This document shows, piece after piece, positions 35,895 through 45,729 of a DNA stretch of 64,000 bases. The stretch spans positions 36,956 to 100,955 of the forward strand of contig JARGFM010000012.1 of NCBI GenBank assembly GCA_029210725.1, written 5' to 3'. The notes beneath the pieces are model-generated. The model worked only from the letters and a program-made list of their open reading frames with translations, searched no databases and had not been told where the DNA came from. The stretch comes from Bacteroidales bacterium. GTDB taxonomy: Bacteria; Bacteroidota; Bacteroidia; Bacteroidales; GCA-2748055. The number at the start of each line of letters is the position of its first letter. The first letter of the stretch is position 1. The position numbers were made by a program, and so were the translations under genes.

Positions 35895-37244
35895 ATGGAA
35901 TTAAACAAACTTACAGCAATCTCACCGGTGGATGGCCGCTACAGGTTAAAAACAGAAGAGCTTTCCGCCTATTTTTCGGAGTTTGGCCTGATCAGATACC
36001 GGGTGATGGTTGAAGTGGAATATTTTATTGCCTTATGTAAAGCGGGTATTCCGCGCTTATCTGAGCTAAGTCCGGATCAGCAGGAGGGACTGAGGACCAT
36101 CTATACCGGTTTTTCCATGGAGGATGCAGAGAAAGTGAAAGAGATTGAAAAGCTTACCAACCATGATGTAAAGGCTGTAGAGTATTTTTTAAAAGAGAAA
36201 TTTGAACAACAGGGATACGGCCGCTTTAAGGAATTTATCCATTTCGGACTTACCTCGCAGGACATCAATAACACAGCTACTCCTCTCTCTTTGAAAGATG
36301 CCATGCAGAGCAGCTACTATCCCATGCTGGATCAGCTGACCATGGAGCTGGAGAAACTGGCCACCGAATGGGACGAGATTCCCATGCTGGCAAGAACCCA
36401 TGGACAACCGGCCTCTCCCACCAGGCTGGGTAAGGAAATCCGTGTTTTTATCGAGCGGCTCGATGTTCAGCTGGAGCAGCTGAAGGAGATTCCGGTACCT
36501 GCCAAGTTTGGGGGAGCCACAGGGAATATGAATGCTCATAAGGTTACTTACCCGGAGATAGACTGGTTCCGGTTCGGAGAGCAATTTGTGGGCGAAGTGC
36601 TGGGATTGAAGCGGTCCTGGCCCACGACCCAGATTGATCATTACGATAACCTGGCAGCCATGTTCCATGCTTTTGAGCGGATCAATACCATTCTGCTGGA
36701 CCTTTCCAGGGATTTATGGACCTATATTTCGATGGACTATTTCAAGCAGAAGATCAAAGCGGGTGAGATTGGATCCTCGGCCATGCCCCATAAGGTGAAT
36801 CCCATTGATTTTGAGAATGCGGAGGGCAACCTGGGCATGGCCAATGCCATTTTTTCATTTCTGGCGGCCAAGCTACCGGTGTCCAGATTACAGCGCGATC
36901 TTAGCGATTCCACCGTGCTTCGAAACCTGGGAGTGCCTCTCGGGCATACCCTGATTGCCATGCAATCGATGATTAAAGGTCTGGGGAAACTGATCGTGAA
37001 TGAGACGGCCATCCGTGCCGATCTGGAAAAGAACTGGGCCGTTGTAGCCGAGGCGGTCCAGTCGATCCTGAGGAGGGAGGAGTATCCCAAGCCCTATGAA
37101 GCACTGCTGGAACTCACACGTACCAATCAGGCTGTGACCGCCGAAACCATTCATAAGTTTATTGAAAACCTGAGTATCAGCCAGGAGGTGAAAGAAGAGC
37201 TTTACCAAATTGCTCCCTGGAATTATACCGGATTGCAGATATGA
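35895..37244 (+). CDS. purB: adenylosuccinate lyase
   Basis: The start is placed at the internal ATG (MELNKLTAISPVDGRYR). Fumarate-lyase signature GSSAMPHKVNP. Confidence 0.9.
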   Translation: MELNKLTAISPVDGRYRLKTEELSAYFSEFGLIRYRVMVEVEYFIALCKAGIPRLSELSPDQQEGLRTIYTGFSMEDAEKVKEIEKLTNHDVKAVEYFLKEKFEQQGYGRFKEFIHFGLTSQDINNTATPLSLKDAMQSSYYPMLDQLTMELEKLATEWDEIPMLARTHGQPASPTRLGKEIRVFIERLDVQLEQLKEIPVPAKFGGATGNMNAHKVTYPEIDWFRFGEQFVGEVLGLKRSWPTTQIDHYDNLAAMFHAFERINTILLDLSRDLWTYISMDYFKQKIKAGEIGSSAMPHKVNPIDFENAEGNLGMANAIFSFLAAKLPVSRLQRDLSDSTVLRNLGVPLGHTLIAMQSMIKGLGKLIVNETAIRADLEKNWAVVAEAVQSILRREEYPKPYEALLELTRTNQAVTAETIHKFIENLSISQEVKEELYQIAPWNYTGLQI

Positions 37245-39064
37245 AAAGATTTTTCAGGTTACTGAATTACCTGGTTCCGTATAAATGGTATGTACTGCAG
37301 AATGTTCTGTATAACATCCTGGGGGCTTTCTTTGCCCTTTTCTCATTTGCGATGGTGATTCCCTTCCTGAGGGTGCTCTTCAGTAATCAGCCCCTGGTGA
37401 CCGAGCCCATGGAGTTTCATCTCAGCACCGAGTACCTGATGCATACTCTGAATTACTACATTGGGAAAATTATGCTGGCACATGAGGAGGCCGGGGCCCT
37501 GATTCTGGTTAGTTTGATGGTGGTGCTTTTCAGTCTGCTGAAAAACGGATTTATTTTTGCAGCCAATTTTATGCTGGCACCCATCCGGGCCTTTCTGGTG
37601 AGGGATATACGAAATGATATATACAGGAAGGTGCTGAAGCTCCCGCTCTCCTATTATACCGAAGCAAGAAAGGGAGATGTGATCGCAAGGATTTCCAACG
37701 ATGTTCAGGAGATCGAGGCGTCGATACTAAGTTCTCTGCAGATGCTTTTCAGGGATCCCATTACCATCATTATTTACCTGGTGATTCTTTTTTCCATCAG
37801 TATCAATCTGACACTTTTTGCAGCCCTGGTGCTTCCGCTGACAGGCATCCTGATCGGGCGTATAGGGAAAAGCCTCAGGAAGACCACCTTCAGGGGACAA
37901 CAGCGTCTCGGCGAATTGCTGGCCCTGCTCGAGGAGACCCTGGGAGGCTTAAGGATCGTAAAGGCATTTAATGCCGAGGAGCAGATGGAGGAGCGCTTTC
38001 TAAGCGTAAACAACCGGTTTTCACTGCTCATCCGGAAGGTGGTTCGCCGGAGATACCTGGCCAGTCCCATCAGCGAACTTTTGGCCACCATTGCCCTGAT
38101 GGTGATTCTCGCATATGGGGGGTCTCTGGTACTTGGAGGAAACGATAAAATGACTGGAGAGAGCCTCATTCTTTTCCTGATGATCTTCTCCCAGATTATC
38201 CCACCGGCTAAAACCATCTCCACCGCCTGGATTAATGTACAGAAGGGAATGGCATCGGTCGACCGGGTGGATCAGCTCCTTCTGGCAGATGATAAAATCG
38301 TTGAAAAACCTGATGCTGTGGAAGCCGATGGTTTTCTGGAATCCATAGAATTCAGGAATGTCTCCTTCAAATATGATAAGGAGTATGTACTGAAGGATAT
38401 CTCCTTTACCATCAGGAAAGGTCAGACAGTGGCCCTGGTGGGTAAGTCCGGATCAGGAAAATCGACCATGGTGGATCTGCTCCCCAGGTTTATGGACACC
38501 AGCGAAGGGCAGATATTTATCGATGGAGTGCCCATCCAGGATTTCAGCCTGAAATCCCTTCGCTCACTGATGGGTATGGTGAGTCAGCAATCGATCCTTT
38601 TCAACGACACCTTCAGGAACAATATAGCATTTGGAAAAAGTGAAGGGGCAGATATGGAGCAGATTGTAAATGCTGCAAAAGTAGCTAATGCTCACGACTT
38701 TATCATGGATAATGAGGAGGGATACGAAGCCGGAGTAGGTGAGGGGGGCGGCAAATTGAGTGGTGGACAGAAACAGCGAATCAGTATTGCCCGTGCGGTA
38801 CTGGCCAATCCGCCCATATTGATCCTGGATGAAGCCACCTCTGCCCTGGATACAGAGTCGGAGCGACTGGTGCAGGATGCCATTATTAAACTGATGCAAA
38901 AGAGAACATCCTTTGTTATTGCACACAGACTCTCCACGATCAAACATGCCGATCTGATTCTCGTGATTGACGAAGGAGAGATTGTGGAGCGGGGCAATCA
39001 TGAAGAACTGATCAGTAATAAGAAGGGCCTATATAGAAAACTACATTCCATGCAAATGTTTTAA
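37241..39064 (+). CDS. ABC exporter, fused permease/ATPase (MsbA-like lipid exporter family)
   Basis: 607 aa. 6-TM exporter domain, Walker A GKSGSGKST, signature LSGGQKQR, and Walker B ILILDEATSALD. The ATGA start overlaps the purB stop. Confidence 0.85.
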   Translation: MKRFFRLLNYLVPYKWYVLQNVLYNILGAFFALFSFAMVIPFLRVLFSNQPLVTEPMEFHLSTEYLMHTLNYYIGKIMLAHEEAGALILVSLMVVLFSLLKNGFIFAANFMLAPIRAFLVRDIRNDIYRKVLKLPLSYYTEARKGDVIARISNDVQEIEASILSSLQMLFRDPITIIIYLVILFSISINLTLFAALVLPLTGILIGRIGKSLRKTTFRGQQRLGELLALLEETLGGLRIVKAFNAEEQMEERFLSVNNRFSLLIRKVVRRRYLASPISELLATIALMVILAYGGSLVLGGNDKMTGESLILFLMIFSQIIPPAKTISTAWINVQKGMASVDRVDQLLLADDKIVEKPDAVEADGFLESIEFRNVSFKYDKEYVLKDISFTIRKGQTVALVGKSGSGKSTMVDLLPRFMDTSEGQIFIDGVPIQDFSLKSLRSLMGMVSQQSILFNDTFRNNIAFGKSEGADMEQIVNAAKVANAHDFIMDNEEGYEAGVGEGGGKLSGGQKQRISIARAVLANPPILILDEATSALDTESERLVQDAIIKLMQKRTSFVIAHRLSTIKHADLILVIDEGEIVERGNHEELISNKKGLYRKLHSMQMF

Positions 39065-39070
39065 GCTCCT

Positions 39071-40030
39071 ATGAAGATCAGTGGATTTACAATGGGCAAA
39101 AATGCCCTGAAACTATATTATCCCATGCGGCAATCCGTGGAGTCGATTTTGCCGTTGGTGGATGAATTTGTGGTGGCCCTGGGCGATTCAGACGAAGATG
39201 ATTTCACAAGAGCCGAGATAGAGGCCATTGGAAGTAAAAAGATCCGAATTGTGGATACCGTCTGGGACATAGAAAAATATCCCCGCGGCATGGAACATGC
39301 TCATCAGACCGATCTGGCCATGAAAATGTGCACGGGTGACTGGCTGTTTTACCTGCAATCGGACGAGGTCGTGCATGAACAGGATCTGGAGCCTATCCGG
39401 CAGCGTTGTGAAGAGCTTCTTGATGACCATGAGGTGGATGGACTGCTTTTCCGCTACCGCCATTTCTGGGGTGACTATGAGCATTTGCAGGATGGTCATT
39501 GCTGGTACCGGAGGGAGATCCGGATCGTCAGAAACCACCCGGATATCCATTCCTGGGAGTCTGCCCAGTCCTTCCGTAAAATTCCCGGCTTCGACGGAAT
39601 AAATTACAGGCAGCAGGCAGGAACCTATAAACTCCAGGTTGCCACTGTGGATGCTGAAATTTTTCACTATGGCTGGGTACGCCCGCCCAGGCTTATGCAA
39701 AACAAAATCAAAGCCTTCAGTATCAATCACCGTGGCAAAGAGGGTGTGGCGGAGATGGAGGCCGCTCACCATTTTGATCGTGTTTTTGATTATGGGAACT
39801 TGTCCGGATATACCAGGTATGAGGGTACTCATCCTGCTGTTATGAAATCATGGATGGAGGGTTTTGACTGGAAGGATCAACTCCGTTTTACCGGTCCCAC
39901 CCGGAGCCTGAATCCGTTCAGGGCCAAGCATGACAAATTAAAATACCGCCTGATTACCTGGATCGAAAAGAATCTTTTGGGGGGTGGACGCCTCGGAGAA
40001 TTTGCCAACTACATTCTGTTAAAGAAGTAG
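39071..40030 (+). CDS. glycosyltransferase (family 2-like)
   Basis: 319 aa. The N-terminal layout is GT-A-like (ISGFTMGKNA...VVALGDSDEDD, and QSDE as a DxD-like site). The assignment rests on general resemblance only. Confidence 0.55.
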   Translation: MKISGFTMGKNALKLYYPMRQSVESILPLVDEFVVALGDSDEDDFTRAEIEAIGSKKIRIVDTVWDIEKYPRGMEHAHQTDLAMKMCTGDWLFYLQSDEVVHEQDLEPIRQRCEELLDDHEVDGLLFRYRHFWGDYEHLQDGHCWYRREIRIVRNHPDIHSWESAQSFRKIPGFDGINYRQQAGTYKLQVATVDAEIFHYGWVRPPRLMQNKIKAFSINHRGKEGVAEMEAAHHFDRVFDYGNLSGYTRYEGTHPAVMKSWMEGFDWKDQLRFTGPTRSLNPFRAKHDKLKYRLITWIEKNLLGGGRLGEFANYILLKK

Positions 40031-40480
40031 CTATTTTTTAATCAGATTGCCCTCTTTGTCATAGGTCTTTTTCCCGGAAAGTTCTTCGCCTGTATCATAA
40101 GTTACTTCCTCGTAAAGTTCACCTGTTTCGTAGTAGCGTTTGGTAATGCCGTTCTTTCGGTTCTGGTAATAGGTGGTATGTTCGAAGATCTTTCCACTTT
40201 TGAAGAACCATATGGCAGGCCCGTGTTTTCGCCCATGCTCATAAGTGATCTTGGAATGGACCGTTAAGCCGTCCTCGTAAAAATTGACTTTTACTCCATG
40301 CACGTAGCCATTTTCATCCACAGGGTTCATGCTCGACAGGGTGCCGTCCTCTCGCTTTTTTTTCACCATGCCGGGCATCTCTTCCCCAACACTTTGTTGC
40401 GTCTGCTCCTTCCCCTGCTTGCATGATACAATCAGGATGGAGAGGCAAAAGATCAGCATTATATAGAGATATTTTTTCAT
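40031..40480 (-). CDS. lipoprotein with MORN-variant (YwqK-like) repeats
   Basis: 149 aa. Lipobox LIVSC, with repeated G-x-x-x-x-Y-Y/F-x-x-G units (VNFYEDGLTVHSKITYEHGRKHG, TTYYQNRKNGITKRYYETGEL). Confidence 0.55.
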   Translation of the reverse strand: MKKYLYIMLIFCLSILIVSCKQGKEQTQQSVGEEMPGMVKKKREDGTLSSMNPVDENGYVHGVKVNFYEDGLTVHSKITYEHGRKHGPAIWFFKSGKIFEHTTYYQNRKNGITKRYYETGELYEEVTYDTGEELSGKKTYDKEGNLIKK

Positions 40481-40676
40481 GTGAGAGAGAGATTAGGAGG
40501 GTAAATATACCCGATTTTCTTTTACCAACAACAGAAGGAATTCAGATGTGATATTCCTTACATTGGTCTTCTCTTTTTGTCCTTCTGTCAATTATGGAGC
40601 AAAACATAACGGATCTACGCTTCTATTTTGATAATTTAAAAGCGGAATTTCAACTATACTCTAATAACACCCCGGA

Positions 40677-41036
40677 ATGGAAATTAAAATTCTTGAGCAG
40701 GATGGTGTAATAATTCGTCAGGTATCCGGTGAAGTCATTTTCGAGGATCTGATGGAATCATGGAACATACTGTTTGCAAGTTATCCCAACCTGAAAAATT
40801 ACAAAGGTATCCTGACCAGTTTTCTTGATGCCAGGGTTAAACATGAAGATAACAACCTGAATGCTCTGGTGGAGTTTTTTAAAGAACACCTGGACCAATT
40901 ACAGAATCTGAAAATTGCAATGGTGATGGATACCCCCATGGTGACCAATACCATCATCCTGGGGCAGAGGGTTAGATCTTTGCAGATCAAGCCTTTCTCC
41001 ACGATGGATGCCGCCATGCTGTGGATTAGTCATTAG
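40677..41036 (+). CDS. hypothetical protein (possibly STAS/SpoIIAA-like fold)
   Basis: 119-aa ORF with a coding-like composition. I recognised no motif. Confidence 0.35.
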   Translation: MEIKILEQDGVIIRQVSGEVIFEDLMESWNILFASYPNLKNYKGILTSFLDARVKHEDNNLNALVEFFKEHLDQLQNLKIAMVMDTPMVTNTIILGQRVRSLQIKPFSTMDAAMLWISH

Positions 41037-42054
41037 GGACTGAATTATGATTTGCTGTCGGCTTCACTTCGTTAACCAACTCCTCGTTTCTGATGAAAGA
41101 TTTCAGGTTTTCCAGGGTAGTGGCAGCAATTTGTTCCAGAGCTTCGCTGGTCAGAAAAGCCTGATGTGCCGTGATCAACACATTGGGGAAAGACATTAAA
41201 CGTGCAATCTCGTCGTCCTGCAGGATCTGTTCAGACCGGTCCCTGAAAAACAGCTTCTCCTCCTGTTCATATACATCGATACCCAGATAACCCAGGTGGC
41301 GGTTTTTAAGAAAAGTAATGGCATCGTTGGTATTAACCAGCGCCCCCCGGCTGGTGTTTATCAGCATTACACCAGGCTTCATCATGCTTAGGGTTTTTTG
41401 ATCTATCAGGTGGGTGGTTTCCGGAGTAAGCGGACAATGAAGAGAAATGATATCTGACTGATATAGAAGTTGTTCCAGGCTCACATATTCCAGCCCTGAC
41501 AGTATCAGAGCTTCGTTCGGATAGGTGTCAAAGGCCAATACCCGGCAGCCCATGCCGGACATGATGGAGGAAAATGCTGCCCCAATTTTTCCTGTTCCGA
41601 TAACTCCAACTGTTTTGCCGGACAGATTAAACCCGGTAAGCCGCTCCAGAGAAAAATTCCCTTCCCGGACACGGTTATAGGCTTTATGGGTTTTTCGGTT
41701 CAGGGTCAGAATCAGGGCCAGGGCATGCTCAGCCACAGCCTCAGGAGAGTAAGCAGGAACCCGGACCACCTTTATTTCTGCATCGATTGCTGCAGTCAGG
41801 TCCACATTGTTAAAACCGGCACATCTCAGAGCTATTAGGGATACACCATGCTCCTTCAGGATGCCAATGGTTTCTCTGTCAAGTACGTCGTTTACAAAGA
41901 CGATGACTGCATTGAATCCGGCGGCCAGGTGGGCAGTACGCTTTCTCAGCCTGGCCTCAAAATGAGTGATATCGAAATGGAATCTTTTGTTTGCTTCATC
42001 AAAGTACTCCTTATCATAGGAGGTGGTGCTGAAAAGTGCTATTCTCATGGACAT
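41026..42054 (-). CDS. D-isomer-specific 2-hydroxyacid dehydrogenase (D-lactate dehydrogenase-like)
   Basis: 342 aa. NAD motif GVIGTGKIGAAF. The N-terminus MRIALFSTTSYDKEYF resembles fermentative D-LDH. Confidence 0.8.
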   Translation of the reverse strand: MSMRIALFSTTSYDKEYFDEANKRFHFDITHFEARLRKRTAHLAAGFNAVIVFVNDVLDRETIGILKEHGVSLIALRCAGFNNVDLTAAIDAEIKVVRVPAYSPEAVAEHALALILTLNRKTHKAYNRVREGNFSLERLTGFNLSGKTVGVIGTGKIGAAFSSIMSGMGCRVLAFDTYPNEALILSGLEYVSLEQLLYQSDIISLHCPLTPETTHLIDQKTLSMMKPGVMLINTSRGALVNTNDAITFLKNRHLGYLGIDVYEQEEKLFFRDRSEQILQDDEIARLMSFPNVLITAHQAFLTSEALEQIAATTLENLKSFIRNEELVNEVKPTANHNSVPND

Positions 42055-42136
42055 ATAACAAAGTAAATTCTGTTTTGTGCTCCCTCTGTGCTCCCGCCGT
42101 CATTTATTTCATATTTTAGTGGCTAAATCTGGAGCC

Positions 42137-43072
42137 ATGTACAACTTGTGGAAATGCCTCTTTGTTTTGCTGGTCATACCGGCGGCATTAATATGTCCGG
42201 GATGTTCGGAGGAGAAGGAGCCGGGGATTCCCGGAATCCTGGTATCCACCCAATGGCTTCAGGATCATATAGATAATCCAGATGTGGTGCTTCTTCATTC
42301 AGGATCAGCTGAGTTCTTTGATTCGCTTCATATACCCGGTGCCAGGTTCATCGATCCTGCCAGTTTCACGGTGAATACGGATTTGGTTCGCAATGAGATG
42401 CCTTCGGCAGACAGCATCCTGAAGCTGCTGAGGAGCGTGGGTGTGGACGATAATTCCAGAATAGTTCTCTACCATGAATCATCGAGGCTCCTTTCGCGCA
42501 CGGCCCGGGTCTTTGCCGCTCTGGATGGGGTGGGACTCGGAGAGCGGACTTTTTTCCTGAACGGCGGACTGCCGGCCTGGGAGGAGGAAGCCAGGGAGAC
42601 CACCGGTGTTAAAACACAGTTTTCATATGGTACACTGAGCAAAGCGGAATCCGGTCAGGTGCTTATCGAAGCTGAAGAGCTTGACAGAGGGCGATGGAGC
42701 CCCGATATGGTGGTGGTCGATGTAAGAACCGGCGAAGAGTATTACGGGACTCCGGGTTCACAGGAGGAGCCTGCCGAAGGCGGCCATGTGGAAGGGGCCT
42801 ATTCCCTGCCTTATCAGTCACTTCTCAGAGACGATTATGATTATTTTTTCAAATCCGATGCAGCGTTGAAGGACTTGTTCCGGGAGGCGGGAATGGATCC
42901 GGGAAAGGTGAATGTTGTTTATTGTGGATCGGGGGTGCGTGCATCGGTTAGTTATCTGGCAGCCAGACATATGGGTTATAATGTTAGGCTATATGATGGA
43001 TCCTGGGAGGAGTGGAAGCAGCTGGAACTGCCCTTGACCGGGCCGGTGACTCCTCCGGGTGACACGGAATAA
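42137..43072 (+). CDS. exported tandem-rhodanese sulfurtransferase (thiosulfate/3-mercaptopyruvate type)
   Basis: The start is placed at the ATG at 42137 (MYNLWKCLFVLLVIPAALICPGCSEE, a signal/lipobox-like sequence). The active-site loop is YCGSGVRAS. Confidence 0.75.
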   Translation: MYNLWKCLFVLLVIPAALICPGCSEEKEPGIPGILVSTQWLQDHIDNPDVVLLHSGSAEFFDSLHIPGARFIDPASFTVNTDLVRNEMPSADSILKLLRSVGVDDNSRIVLYHESSRLLSRTARVFAALDGVGLGERTFFLNGGLPAWEEEARETTGVKTQFSYGTLSKAESGQVLIEAEELDRGRWSPDMVVVDVRTGEEYYGTPGSQEEPAEGGHVEGAYSLPYQSLLRDDYDYFFKSDAALKDLFREAGMDPGKVNVVYCGSGVRASVSYLAARHMGYNVRLYDGSWEEWKQLELPLTGPVTPPGDTE

Positions 43073-43077
43073 ACTTT

Positions 43078-43605
43078 ATGCTTATGAAGAATAGAGAATC
43101 GCGCCCCTACTGGAACCCCTACCTGGTGGGAACGGGCATTGGCCTGCTGATCATCCTCTCGTTTGTAGTTACCGGAAGGGGACTTGGTGCCATTGGGGCA
43201 TTCAATGGGATTTTGGCTTCCCTGGTGCATGCCATCGCCCCTGACTATGCTCTTTCGAAAACGGCCTATTCAACTTACCTGGCTGGTGTGGACCATCCGC
43301 TGAAAGATTGGGTGGTCATAGAAATCGCCGGTGTTTGTATTGGAGGACTTCTCTCGGGGATTGTATCTCGGCGTTTCAGATTCGAAGTGATCAAAGGCCC
43401 CCGTATTTCAAATCTGACCAGGCTTATCTTTGCCTTTTCGGGCGGAATGCTGATGGCTGTTGCTGCCAAGTTTACGCGTGGCTGCACGAGCGGACTGGCT
43501 CTCAGCGGGGGCTCCGTTTTAAGTCCGGGGGCCTGGCTGTTTATGATTTCGGTTTTTATAGGTGGTTACTCCATTGCCTGGTTAATGAAAAAAGCATGGA
43601 ACTGA
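43078..43605 (+). CDS. YeeE/YedE family sulfur-compound transporter component
   Basis: 175 aa, multi-TM, with the conserved Cys motif FTRGCTSG. Confidence 0.75.
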   Translation: MLMKNRESRPYWNPYLVGTGIGLLIILSFVVTGRGLGAIGAFNGILASLVHAIAPDYALSKTAYSTYLAGVDHPLKDWVVIEIAGVCIGGLLSGIVSRRFRFEVIKGPRISNLTRLIFAFSGGMLMAVAAKFTRGCTSGLALSGGSVLSPGAWLFMISVFIGGYSIAWLMKKAWN

Positions 43606-44204
43606 TGGCACCTCTTCAATTTTCTTACCAGGTTCCGGAGGGACTGCTTCTCCTCTTTGCGCTCTTAACGGGGATTGCCTTCGGAATGTTCCTGGAAAAG
43701 GCAGGTTTCGGAAATGCCCGCAAGCTGGTTCAGCAATTTTATTTTACCGATATGGCGATGTTCAAGGTGCTGTTCTCGGCAATCGTAACCGCCATGCTGG
43801 GCATTTACTGGCTCAGTTACTTCGGAATTCTGGATATTACCCAGATCTATATCAACGGGACCTACCTGTGGCCCCAGGTGGTGGGTGGTTTGATTTTTGG
43901 ATTTGGCTTTGTGCTGTCGGGACTGTGTCCGGGTACCTCCTGCGTGGCTGTCTTCACTGGTAAACTGGATGGCCTGGCTGTTTTTGCAGGGATGTTTACC
44001 GGGTTAATTCTCTTTGCAGAGACAGAATCTTTTCTGAAAGGAGCTCTTTCTTTTTCCTCTTTGGGAGATATCTCCCTGTATGAGCTGTTCCATATGGAGT
44101 ACGGCTTACTTACCTTCCTGATTGTTGTTATTGCTGTTATCGCTTTCTGGCTGGCCGGAAGGGTGGAGAATGGGTTTCATAAAATTAGCTCCGGGAAATC
44201 ATGA
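43596..44204 (+). CDS. YeeE/YedE family sulfur-compound transporter component (second half)
   Basis: The start is placed at the ATG at 43596 (or 43605). The ORF-track start at 43308 lies inside the previous gene. Multi-TM, with the motif LSGLCPGTSC. Confidence 0.7.
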   Translation: MELMAPLQFSYQVPEGLLLLFALLTGIAFGMFLEKAGFGNARKLVQQFYFTDMAMFKVLFSAIVTAMLGIYWLSYFGILDITQIYINGTYLWPQVVGGLIFGFGFVLSGLCPGTSCVAVFTGKLDGLAVFAGMFTGLILFAETESFLKGALSFSSLGDISLYELFHMEYGLLTFLIVVIAVIAFWLAGRVENGFHKISSGKS

Positions 44205-44761
44205 AGATCAACCACCTGCTTGCCATCCTCGCCATCCTTGCAGGAATAAGCGCCGCCTTCACCTATCATGCAGGCAAAAACGGGCTTTACCCGGATTGGA
44301 AATTTCATAAGGAGCGCTTGGAGGGAAAACGGCTGGGCTTTATTTCCGCCCACCACCTGGCAGACCTCCTGTACAGCAAAGAGGACGGTATCAAGCTTTT
44401 GGATACCCGAGCAAAGAAAGACTATGAACACTACCATATTCCAAGGGCCCTGTGGTTTGATCCCGGTAAGGGAAGGGAGAAGGGACAGGGAGCCGGTATA
44501 ATCATTGTATATGGGGAGGATGAGGAAAACGGCCCGTACGAGCTGGCCAGAGAACTTCCGGGAAAGGTGTATGTTTTGAAGGGTGGAATGGATGCCTGGC
44601 ATTCTCTGGTCCTGTTTCCGGACTTCCAGACCTTTCATGTGAGGAACAGCGATCTGCTGGAGCATGTTTTGAGAAGAAGCGGCTTTTTTGGCGGGAAAGC
44701 GCAGAATACCCAGCTGTTAAATATAGAAGTGCGGGAAAGCCGTTACCGGGAAGGGTGCTGA
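44201..44761 (+). CDS. membrane-anchored rhodanese-homology domain protein lacking the catalytic Cys
   Basis: 186 aa. N-terminal TM helix. Rhodanese fold (LLDTRAKKDYEHYHIPRAL...VLKGGMDAW), but the active-site loop reads VYGEDEENG. The protein ends ...YREGC. Confidence 0.55.
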   Translation: MKINHLLAILAILAGISAAFTYHAGKNGLYPDWKFHKERLEGKRLGFISAHHLADLLYSKEDGIKLLDTRAKKDYEHYHIPRALWFDPGKGREKGQGAGIIIVYGEDEENGPYELARELPGKVYVLKGGMDAWHSLVLFPDFQTFHVRNSDLLEHVLRRSGFFGGKAQNTQLLNIEVRESRYREGC

Positions 44762-44920
44762 TCTTTATCTACCCGGGATGAAACGTCTGTTTACAATAAG
44801 CGGATGTCACCCGACGGATTACGTCCCCTGATGGTGCATAACATAGGAAACGGCCAGGTACTTGAGGACTGCCTGTTTGATTATCGGATCATTGGTCACT
44901 ATATTTATAATGGCAAATAA

Positions 44921-45715
44921 ATGGACAAGATGAAACAAAGCATTTTCCAGGTTGATGCATTTACGCAGGAAAAATTCAAGGGAAATCCGGCAGCGGTATG
45001 CATCCTGGATCAATGGCCGGAGGAGGCTAAGATGCAGCTAATTGCCAATGAAAACAACCTTTCGGAGACTGCTTTTGCCGTACCGGCAGGGGAATGCTAC
45101 GAGATTCGCTGGTTCACCCCCGAAATGGAGGTGGAGCTGTGCGGCCACGCCACCCTGGCTACGGCCCATGTCCTGTTTAACCACCTGGATCAACCCGGCG
45201 GGCGGATCTGTTTTGAGTCCATTCACAGCGGGAGACTGACTGTGAAACAGAAAGGGGACCTGCTTACCCTCGATTTCCCTGCTGACCGGATCGAAGAAAT
45301 GCTTATTCCCGGGCTGATAGCCACAGCCCTGATGAAACCTCCCCTGAAAGCTTTCCGTGGGAAAACCGACTTTATGTTTTTATTTGCCAGCGAGTCCGAG
45401 ATTCGAAACATGGAGCCGGATTTTGGTCTTCTGGCCCAGGTTGGGGGTAGGGGTGTGATTGTGACCGCCCCCGGGAATGAAGTGGATTTTGTATCCCGTT
45501 TTTTCGCCCCCCAGACCGGTATCCATGAAGACCCCGTGACCGGTTCGGCTCATACGACCCTGACTCCGTACTGGTCGAAGGTGCTGGGTAAGAAGAAGCT
45601 GACGGCACGGCAGCTGTCGGCCCGTGGAGGAGAGCTGATTTGTGAAGACCGGGGGGACCGGATTGAGATCTCCGGGCACGCGGTGACCTATATGATCGGA
45701 CAAATAGACATTTAA
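44921..45715 (+). CDS. PhzF-family isomerase-like protein
   Basis: 264 aa. IFQVDAFT...GNPAAV start and a duplicated half-domain layout, as in PhzF/YddE. Confidence 0.8.
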   Translation: MDKMKQSIFQVDAFTQEKFKGNPAAVCILDQWPEEAKMQLIANENNLSETAFAVPAGECYEIRWFTPEMEVELCGHATLATAHVLFNHLDQPGGRICFESIHSGRLTVKQKGDLLTLDFPADRIEEMLIPGLIATALMKPPLKAFRGKTDFMFLFASESEIRNMEPDFGLLAQVGGRGVIVTAPGNEVDFVSRFFAPQTGIHEDPVTGSAHTTLTPYWSKVLGKKKLTARQLSARGGELICEDRGDRIEISGHAVTYMIGQIDI

Positions 45716-45729
45716 AAGAAATACGGCAC

